Positions 11,378 to 20,000 of a stretch of DNA of 20,000 nucleotides are shown piece by piece. The DNA comes from Atractiella rhizophila (taxonomy: Eukaryota), in the NCBI GenBank assembly GCA_021432655.1, contig MU271382.1, positions 53,121-73,120 on the forward strand, in the 5' to 3' direction. The position numbers and the translations under genes were made by a program. Each line of letters begins with the position of its first letter. The stretch's first letter is position 1. The notes below the pieces were generated by a model. It searched no databases and was not told where the DNA came from. It was given only the letters and a program-made list of their open reading frames with translations.

Positions 11378-11625
11378 AATGAGCGTTCATTCATCCAGCA
11401 GATGTATTGGGAATGATCATTTGACCCAGCTTGTTCACGAGAATGGCCGTTTGTTCGCATCCACCAAAATGACCGCGGAATGCCTCGTATCCATCAGAAA
11501 TAACCATTTGATCCATGGGAATGGCCGTTTGTAGGTTGATACATAGTATCTACTAAAATGACCGCGGAATGTCTCGTATTCATTAGGAATGACCGTTTGA
11601 TCTAAATTATTTCTAATGGCCGATA
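11378..11625. repeat. Degenerate array of ~9 AATG(A/G)CCG-like motifs at ~30-bp spacing, with a higher-order ~75-80 bp duplication
   Basis: Motif starts at 11378, 11412, 11442, 11468, 11499, 11520, 11557, 11588 and 11615. AAAATGACCGCGGAATG(C/T)CTCGTAT occurs at both ~11466 and ~11555. Confidence 0.8.
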
Positions 11626-11779
11626 ACTGACGAAGGCAGCCATGTCGGCGCTGCAGCATCGTAGACCTTCAGATTGGGGTTCGATTCTTCTTATCAGTGT
11701 TGCGGCACGCCAACTCCACAGAATTGTCAAGGGAATTATCCATCACATAAACTTGTTTCTCTACGGGATTTAGAGATGA

Positions 11780-12062
11780 CAAGTGTGTCAGAGGCCTTCG
11801 TCCCTCAGGCCCCCCAACCCACTCGCAAGGGGCATGGCCCCTTGAACCCTACTGTGACTCTTGTGAGGGTTCGAGTCCAGTATGAAACGCATTTTTTACC
11901 CCCTTCAGAACAAAATTTCCTCGAGGCTTCAGAAAGGCGCAAGCATATGCAGTGAGATGGTGTAATTCATTTCGTTTCAATGTGCCTGCTGAGGGAGGTA
12001 TGAACGCTCAAAAGTGCGTTGTATGACTCATGCCAAGAACGGATGGCTTTTAGAGGTAAGGA
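11780..12062 (-). mobile_element. Non-autonomous mini-Helitron / Helitron fragment (5' end missing) related to the 12353-17508 element
   Basis: The reverse complement of 11866-12062 matches 12591-12787. The reverse complement of 11780-11851 matches the 3' terminus 17443-17508, including two hairpins, and ends GACACACTTG|T versus GACACACTGG|T. Confidence 0.75.
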
Positions 12063-12787
12063 AGAGCATTACTCAGGAGAAGCAGAAGGCGCTGGAATGT
12101 CGGTGGAAAGAGTGTCAATTAACGTTCGAGGACTAGTAAGTCATTTTTCTCGCCATTTTAATTTGGTCCGAGGTGTTAATTATTGGGGACGGGGAACACT
12201 CACTCTTTCAGACTGAACTTTCTCCCCCATTACCTGTTCTCCCCCTTAGCTGTATAGCGGCGCAGTAGTCTAGAAGTAGGAGGCGTCAGGATGTCAGTGT
12301 AGGGTGTGGAAGAGTCTCAGAAGTTCTGGGATTTCACTGGAGAAGTAGCCCATCCTCCTTATATAAAAAGCACGACGGGTTTGACCATGACTCATGCATG
12401 TACTTTTGAGCTCTTATATCAACGCCCACAACAACCCTGTCAGAATTCTGAGCATACCAACAGAATACGCGTGTCGGCGCCCTTCGAACCGTATACAGCA
12501 AAGCCTGTTTGAAAAACGAAAAAAAAAATGTTTTCCTGACTGAGTCAGGTCGTTTGGGCAAAGCTTTGGTTACCTACTCAAAGTAAGTTGTCCTTACCTC
12601 TAAAAGCCATCCGTTCTTGGCATGAGTCATAAAACGCACTTTTGAGCGTTCATACCTCCCTCAGCAGGCACATTGAAACGAAATGAATTACACCATGTTA
12701 CTGCATATGTTTGTGCCTTTCTGGAGCTGCAAGGAAATTTTATTTTGAAGTGGTGAGAAAAAGTGTTTTGCAGCAGACTTGAACCCT
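11866..12787. repeat. 197-bp inverted repeat (arms 11866-12062 and 12591-12787; 528-bp spacer)
   Basis: The inner 106 bp (11957-12062 vs 12591-12696) match at 105/106. The outer 91 bp are collinear but clearly diverged. Confidence 0.95.
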
Positions 12788-12977
12788 TTGCAACCGTGTA
12801 CTCTGCTTTCCCCGGCTCGACTGGCTTCCCCACTTGGCCGCTAAACACCGTGCGCAGCTGCCCCGCAAAGCAACCGCAGCACACGGCGCCAAAACAAAGC
12901 CGCACGCTATTTCTTCAGGGCATTTTGGGATTTCTCAAGTCGGGTGCCAAAAAGTGTCATTTGCCTACCTTAAGCGT

Positions 12978-15900
12978 AATCCGAAATTTACAAACTGCTG
13001 CTCCCATGGAAAGATTGTTCTTCCTGCTTATGAAAATCCTCCACCAGAGTTGTTTCAGCTGTTCACCAATCCAGATACGCATGAATCAAGACAGTTTCGT
13101 GAGAATATCCGCTCCTACAATAATGCTCTTTTTCCTTTACTTCTCTCGGAGTCAAGCGGCCACCTATCCCTGGGCATGGAGTTTACACTTTCCGGATTCA
13201 AGGGGAGCTTTGCCATCGCATCGGTGCTTTGCTTCCGGAATCTGATGGCAAAGAAAAGTTTGCACAGATATATATGCTGGATTCTGAAGAGCAGATTCAT
13301 CAAAGAATAGGGACCATTAGAGGGAACAAACTTAAGGAAGTGACATTGAGAAAGTTGCAAGACATGATGTGGCAAGTTAATCCATGGCCAGAAATCTATA
13401 AAACTGCAAGGGAGCGTATGGCAGATGACCCAGCATTACAACTCCACATTCGACCTATTAATCCTACAGATCTCGATCCCCATCGATATAATAGGCCAAC
13501 AGGTCATGGCATAGGAGAAATTGCAGTGCTTCTCATTGGAGAAGAATCAGGAGCCACCGCAGGTGTCACAAGAGATATTGTGGTCAAACTCCGACGGCCT
13601 GATGGTCAGAACTTTATGAAAAAGTCAGTGATCAAAATGCCAACTATCTCCCACTGCGATTTCCACTTTTATTTCCATATGGCGAGCAAGGTTGGCACAC
13701 GTACATTCCCCTCCGTCATGGTGATCTGCTTCAACGTGGTCCACGGGAAGAACATCGAAATAATGACGGACCAATAGTTGGAAACATGGGAGAACGAGTC
13801 CATGTTACGCAGATGGACTATTACTCCTATCTTTTTCACCCAAAGAAGAATACTTTCTCTCTCATTCACCATGGTGGTCGACTATTTCAAGAATTGGTTC
13901 GCGATGCTTATGCCCAAATAGAGAGTGGAAGATTGAAGTTTCTTCGGTTCAATCAAGATCTTCTCCGAACTGAATCCTATGCTGGACTTGGTGACGCCTT
14001 AGAAGATGGCCAAGATGCAGCAGATGTTGGGAAGCGGACCATTTTACCATCCACACATACTGGAAGCCCACGTCAAATGAATCAACAATTTCAGGATGCG
14101 ATGGCGATTGTTGGAAACAGAGGTTCTCCCACTATCTTTACAACATTCACCTGCAATCCTCGATGGCCCGAAATCACAGAAGCCCTGCTTCCTGGACAAA
14201 CAGCTGCAGATAGGCCAGACTTGGTCTCTAGGGTTTTCAACGTGAAGGTGAAGGCCTATATGCAGGACATCAAAGATAACTCAATCTTTGGACGGACAGT
14301 TGGCTTTGTCTGGGTGATCGAATTTCAGAAACGTGGTCTGCCTCATGCTCACATCCTCATCATTCTCAATGCCGAAGACACCATCCGGGATGTTGAGGCT
14401 ATCGACCGCATAGTATCTGCTGAATTGCCTGACAAGGACACCGATCCTGAGTTATTTGACATTGTCTGCAATCACATGCTCCATGGACCCTGCGGAGATA
14501 TCAACCCAGATGCTCCATGCATGATAGATGATCCTAAGAACCCTGGGAGAAAAATCTGTGGCAAAGGGTTTCCAAAGCCCTTTGCAGAAGAAACAGGCAT
14601 CAACGAAGATGGTTATCCCACCTACCGGCGACGTAACAATGGACGCACATTTCAGAAGACACCGAACGGATTTATTTACGACAATCGCTGGGTCGTACCA
14701 TTCAGCGCTTATGTCCTTCTGAGGTTTGTAGCTCACATCAATGTGGAGCTTTGCATCTCCATTAAATCAGTCAAATACCTCTTCAAATATGTCTACAAAG
14801 GAAATGATCGGGCACAAGCTGTACTTCATCATGCAAGAGGTGAAGGTGTGAGGGTTCTGGATGAGATTCAAGAGTACTTGGATGCCAGATTTATCGGATC
14901 TTCTGAAGGTAATGCTTAACATGATATTATGGGTAATCTGATATATCTTTCTAGCCTGTTACCGGATCTTCCACTTCCCACTACACCAGCACTTCCCTGT
15001 GGTTATCCGCCTGGCAATACACCTTCCTGATAGGCATTTTGTGACCTTTAATCCCCAGGATGAGTCACTGGGAGACATTCTCAACAGGAATAATGTCACC
15101 AAAACGACGTTGACTGAGTTCTTCACCTACTGTAGGGAAAACCCCAACATTACTGAAGACCTTACCTATCCAAGAGCGCCCCAATTCCTTACTTGGAAGT
15201 CAGCCACACGCTCTTGGAAAATTCGGGAGCGCCAAGAAGCCATTGGACGCATATATCACGTTGCACCTTCACAAGGGGAACTATTCTATCTCCGAATGCT
15301 CCTCCATAAAGTTGTCAGCCCAAAATCTTTTGAAGATATCCGGACAGTAGATGGAACCATCCACGAGACTTTTAAGGCTGCATGTATGGCTCTTGGGTTG
15401 TTAGAAAGTGATCAAGAATGGGATTTCTGCCTTGATGAAGCCAGTGCAGTTAAGAATGGCTTTGCGATGCGGTCTCTCTTCATCTATATTCTATTATTTG
15501 GTGTTGCCAGTGAACCTAGAAGACTATGGGATGGCCATAATGGGCAGCTCAGCGATGATTGTAAACACCTTCTACAAACAAAGTATGGCACAGCCGATCC
15601 GACACAGGAGCAGATTATCAGTCTTTGTCTCCTTGAAATTGAAGATCTTCTCCAGGCGTACGGTAAAACTCTAACGGATTTTGGACTACCACAACCAGCA
15701 GAGCGGTTTGAGAGATGGGGAGGGGAGACAAGGATTATTGGTGAAGAGCTTGCATATGATCGATCATTACTTCAGACACGCCTTGAGACAGAGTTGCCAT
15801 TATTAAACGAAGATCAACGTCATGCTTATGACACGATTGTAGCAGCATGGCAAGGTGGAAATGGTGGATTGTTCTTTATCGATGGACCAGGAGGGACCGG

Positions 15901-17324
15901 AAAGACATTTGTGGAAAATTTACTCCTTGCCAAGGTTCGGTCATCTAGGAAGATTGCACTAGCAGTGGACTCTTCAGGTATTGCCGCTATCCTGCTGGAA
16001 GGAGGACGAACGGCCCATACATGCTTCCGGATCCCACTGGACATTGATGCCGACTCAGTCTGTAGTATTACTGCTCAGAGTGATCATGGACGACTTTGCC
16101 GTGAGGCAGAATTGATAATTTGGGATGAAGTAGGAATGAGCCATCGATGGTGCTTTGAAGCAGTTGACCGGATGCTTAGAGACATGCGCAAAATAGATGC
16201 ACCTTTTGGTGGAGTTTTTTTGGTCCTAGGTGGTGAGTGAATCAAGTTAAAGAGTTCAGCTCTAATAATTTTCAGGTGATATGCGACAATGCCTATCAGT
16301 GATTCCCAAAGCTTCATGGGCACAGATTGTCAGTGCATGCGTTATCAACAGTCCTTTCTGGCCAGCAGTTCAAGTCCTCCCTCTGACCGTGAATATGCGC
16401 CTTCTTCGTCATCAAGCTGAAATGACACGGCGGGACTTTACGACTGCCTCTCGCTTTGCTGAATGGTTGCTGTCAGTTGGGAATGGTGCAACCGACAACC
16501 CAGAAGACTGTGGCCATGGTCCATTGACTATGAAAGATCAAACAATAGTCGCACGATCCCGTAGCCTGGAGGGTCTTTTAAATGATATCTATCCTGGACT
16601 CAGCACTATAACACAAGAAGTGAACTCAGTTGAGCTCAGGCAATACTTTCAGGAGCGTATGGTCCTTACAGCCAGAAATATTGATGTTGACCTGATAAAT
16701 GATCAGCTTATTCAGGACTTTGTCTCCCGGCAGGAGCGAGTCTATCTCAGTGCCGATCGATTGATGGACGACAGTGAGAATATTCAACAAGGATTTACGG
16801 TTGAGTACCTCAACACTCTCAACATGACGGGACTTCCTCTCCATCGGCTTCATCTCAAAGTTGGAGCCCCTGTCATCCTGTTACGAAACCTCAATCCTTC
16901 AGCTGGGCTCTGTAACGGTACACGGTTGATGGTCACCCAGCTGCTTTCTCGCGTTATTGAGGCTACAATCATCACAGGAGCATTTGCCAGTACCTCAGTC
17001 CTCATCCCACGTATTGCTTTGGATAGCAAGGTCTCCAATTCATTTCCTTTCACCTTACGCCGGTTTCAATTTCCCATCAAGTTGGCTTTCTGCCTCACCA
17101 TCAACAAGTCACAGGGACAGTCGGTGGGAACTGTTGGATTGTATTTGGACACACCAGTTTTTACACATGGACAACTTTATGTAGGACTTTCTAGGGTTTC
17201 GAACGCAAAGAATCTTCGAGTTTATTTACACCAAGTGCAAGGGATAGAGAATAAGAGGACAGAAAATATAGTGTACAGAGAAGTTTTGAATTTTCATAAT
17301 CAGATGCATGTAGACCTACAATGA
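12978..17324 (+). pseudogene. Helitron RepHel transposase (HUH Rep endonuclease + PIF1-family SF1B helicase), N-terminally deleted and frameshifted
   Basis: Rep motifs TIFTTFTCNPRW, VIEFQKRGLPHAHILI (HUH) and KYLFKYVYKG (Y2). Helicase motifs FIDGPGGTGKT, IIWDEVGM, LGGDMRQ, QFPIKLAFCLTINKSQGQS, FTHGQLYVGLSR. Introns 14909-14954 and 16233-16275 restore the frame. Frameshifts at ~13130 and ~13620. No start codon; homology begins at NPKFTNCC (12978). Confidence 0.93.
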
Positions 17325-17372
17325 AATCATATAGATTCGTACCAAAACCCATGTGCATATGGTGAGTCAGTG

Positions 17373-17508
17373 CTCGCCGAAGGCGAGGCCCCACACAGTG
17401 GCTGCCAGAGGCAAGAGCTCCACGCAGTGGCTGCCAGAGGCTGGGGTCCAAGGGGCGAAGCCCCTGGCAGGGGGGGATGCCCGAGGGACGAGGGCACAGA
17501 CACACTGG
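17373..17508 (+). terminator. Helitron 3' terminal structure (rolling-circle termination hairpins plus direct repeat)
   Basis: Hairpins CTCGCC-GAA-GGCGAG (17373-17387), AGGGGC-GAA-GCCCCT within 17448-17467, and TGCCC-N9-GGGCA (17478-17496). 22-bp direct repeat at 17391-17412 / 17420-17441 with 1 mismatch. Terminal CTGG. Confidence 0.7.
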
Positions 17509-17921
17509 TATGTACATAACATGCATAGAACATAAAAGTTGTACTATGGTTTAGTTGGTGTGCGGCAAAATTTAGGTTATGGATCACGTTTATGTGGGTT
17601 CGATTCTCGGGGGGGTCACATTTTGTCACCCCGAAAAGTGCAGCGCTGCGAATGCCTGCACATGATTTCTTCAGCACTTTCTCTGATTTCTCGCATCGTG
17701 CGCCAAAAATCATTGTTTCCTAACTATGAGGGAAAGTGAGCAAATGTTCAGGCAAGTGAAACAGTTCTTTCAACACAAATACGCTTCCTAACAATCTACT
17801 ATAGTATCCCTGAGTCCTTTACCATCAAATCAAATCAAGCAAAAGGAGCATAGGTGTGTGTACTCTAGCTTATGTATTCTTCACTTACATCATTTTGCTA
17901 TGTGCAGCAAGCTACACTCTC

Positions 17922-19370
17922 ATGCCACATGCAATTCAGAGAAATCAAACAAGAAATCGAGAGCGCCGATCCAAACGGCCCCAAAATCTGCAGCAGGAGG
18001 CACCACCACACCAAGGCCGACCTATAAGGAAGAGGCGACGCCCTGCACGTTTTAATCCTACTCCACCGACTCCACCTCAGCATGAGACGAGACCAACTAG
18101 GGCTCCACATCACTGGCGACGTCGAAGCTCATCACTGTCGAGATCGTCACGACCAGCTCAACGACATTGGAGACAGTGTTCACCCTCCCCTGAGGAGGAC
18201 AGTGAAGAAGAGGCTCAACAGCACCCATCCTCTCCTGATCCTGATGATGGAGACAGCGATGAGGATAGGGCATTAGTCCCGTTGTTGCAAGGCGAACAAA
18301 GGCAACATCACTATCCTGCATTCAACTACTCACCTGATATGGATCTTGAGGCACACCACCTCTCTACGTGGGGATTACTTTGTGTACATTGCACAGCCTT
18401 TCATTGGATGGAAGAGAAGATTGTTAACAGCCCACAATATAATCCAAAGTTTCCATTATGCTATCTACATGGCAAGGTGCTGCTACCTGTTCCTCCACCT
18501 CCTCCTGAAGAGCTACGAAAGCTTTTTACGTATCACAATACAACAGGTAAGTATTCTATTCAATGTATTGCATATACATATCTGAGAGAAACAATCATTA
18601 TATAGTCAAAGCAATTTCGAGAGCATATCAGGGTATTCAACAATGCTTTTGCCTTTACATCTCTAGGTGTCTGCCAGGTATCAATTCCTGGACATGGTCC
18701 CTACTCCTTCAAAATTCAGGGAGAGCTGTGCCACCTTATTGGTACTCTTTTGCCACAACAAGAAGGGGGTGAAACATTTGTACAGGTCTACATTACAGAT
18801 TCAGCTGTACAGATTGAACGAAGAGTTGGGAACTCTTCAGTCTCACTGAGTCGTGCTACGCTTGAAGAACTTCAGACTATGCTCTTCCGTGTCAACCCAT
18901 ATCCAAGGATCTACAAATTTGCAAAAGAAAGAATGGAACAGGATCCCACCACCACACTACATCTTCGTACAGTAGCCCCACGAGATAGGGACCCAAGAGG
19001 CTACAACATTCCCGTAGCCAGCGAAGTTGCTGTGGTGATGGTAGGAGATGGCAACAGAGAAGAATATGGTGTGGCTAGAGATATCATCATCCAGCTCAGG
19101 GCAACCATGACCGGTAGCAACTTACAGCATGTCAACGAGCTCAACTCAAATTATCTTCCACTTTGTTTTCCACTTCTTTTTCCATATGGGGACCAAGGAT
19201 GGCATCCACAGATTCCATATCGAGACCTGCCTGGAGATCTTTCTCCTCGCGAGCGAGAGCACTTCAATGACGACGGCATGCGGGTTGGTAATTCCGGGGT
19301 TCGACAACGTGTCAGCCAAATGGAGTTCTATTCTTACATGTTGCATCAACGAAGTGATATATTCTCACTT
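17922..19370 (+). pseudogene. Second Helitron RepHel, N-terminal part only (3'-truncated), related subfamily
   Basis: ATG at 17922, basic/Pro/acidic low-complexity leader, Zn-finger-like CVHCTAFHWMEEK...PKFPLCYLHGKV. Intron 18547-18605 with a phase break, then FREHIRVFNNAFAFTSLG...FKIQGELCH...YLPLCFPLLFPYGDQGWH...VSQMEFYSY, collinear with 12978-13865. Homology stops at FSL (19370), before the HUH and helicase domains. Confidence 0.88.
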
Positions 19371-19405
19371 ACCTGGTACATCGTATGCAAATCACTGATA
19401 AAGTT

Positions 19406-20000
19406 TGTTATGTCCCAGGAACAGGTCTAGTCCGTCGAGACGAACTTAATGAGCTAGCTAACGACGGAGCAGGGACTATTCTAGAAGTCCTACTTCTTAG
19501 TTGTCCTACACGCGTACACCATCTGGAGAGAAGACTTTAAGTTACTGGGTCTGTATAGGCTATTGGGAAGGTTTTTAGACAGCATGGTGATTTAGGAACT
19601 ACATGAGGTCTCGGATGTCAGCTTTTTGGAACTTTGGTTTAGTCCGGCTAGGAGACCAAAAAACAGGACCATCCTCCCGAAGGCACTAGAGACGGGTCAA
19701 ACCCAACGTTCACTTCCAACATTTCTATAAACCCCCAGGAAACCGTGGTTGATATGGGTAACGTAGGACCTTTGTCGACTAAGTAACTTGCACCCTGACG
19801 GTCACTTTGAACTACCATTATATCAGGCGGAAGGATATAGAAGATTTCCTATCGGAAGGCGTTCCCGTTGACATTCTGGAACTATATGGAGTCGAGCTTC
19901 TTATCTGACTAACTTGGCTTCCATCGCCTCCGCTATACGAAGTTAAACACGTATTCGCAGTTGATGATTAAGAACATTATCGGCTGGTGGTATCTCTCCA
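19406..20000. other. Non-coding segment starting TGTTATG; possible LTR of a retroelement running off the window
   Basis: Begins with an LTR-like TGT 35 bp after the Helitron-2 breakpoint. No ORF, and a TATAAA at ~19724. No second end, TSD, PBS or PPT is visible. Confidence 0.25.

Larger units (their letters stand above)
12353..17508 (+). mobile_element. Helitron (canonical Helitron1-type rolling-circle transposon), 5156 bp, both termini present, defective
   Basis: 5' end A|TCCTCCTTATATAAAAAG at 12353. 3' end is hairpin TGCCC-GAGGGACGA-GGGCA (17478-17496) followed 12 nt later by CTGG|T (CTRR, 17508). Inserted between A and T with no TSD. Carries an internal RepHel gene. Confidence 0.85.

Noticed and set aside
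11378..11625. CRISPR-like repeat/spacer appearance
   Set aside because: Cores are only ~8-11 bp and degenerate, spacers are partly duplicated, the context is eukaryotic and there are no cas genes.
11771..11783. TAGAGATGACAAG resembles the MITE-1 TIR start
   Set aside because: No partner TIR, TSD or GGGTAC repeats. It overlaps the Helitron 3' junction and is likely chance.
12591..12600. TCCTTACC at the IR boundary as the Helitron 5' TC end
   Set aside because: It is preceded by G rather than A and lacks the TATA-rich tract. 12353 fits the canonical pattern better.
11866..12787. Inverted repeat interpreted as the TIRs of a Mutator-like or foldback element
   Set aside because: No TSD was seen, identity is highest at the inner rather than outer ends, and both arms are explained as Helitron sequence.
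12353..17508. Helentron/Helitron2 classification
   Set aside because: No endonuclease domain after the helicase, no TT|TT target and no short asymmetric TIRs. The termini fit Helitron1.
19372..19376. CTGG|T right at the Helitron-2 breakpoint as an alternative 3' end
   Set aside because: No preceding GC-rich hairpin, and a 4-mer match is expected by chance.

Overview
Eukaryotic, fungal-type (probably basidiomycete) window, judged from its very short 43-59 nt GT-AG introns. It is rich in transposons and decayed genes. Left half: a 512-bp hAT-type MITE (18-bp TIRs, 8-bp TSD), two intronless and broken paralogues with the layout unknown N-terminal domain / F-box / LRR-like C-terminus, one intact 7-exon secreted lactonase-like beta-propeller gene, a second older hAT-like MITE, a decayed DUF1752-type gene and a ~30-bp motif array. 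Right half: a Helitron cluster. It holds a fully delimited 5.16-kb Helitron (A|TC...hairpin-CTGG|T) with a defective, intron-containing Rep/PIF1-helicase gene. To its left, head-to-head, lies a ~280-bp mini-Helitron that forms a 197-bp inverted repeat with it. To its right lies a second, truncated Helitron of a related subfamily, followed by a possible LTR. No clearly new biological system is demonstrable. The best leads are the Helitron inverted-repeat and terminus architecture, the Gcn4/AP-1 site cluster, and the unannotated N-terminal domain of the F-box family. All calls were made by eye, without database searches.
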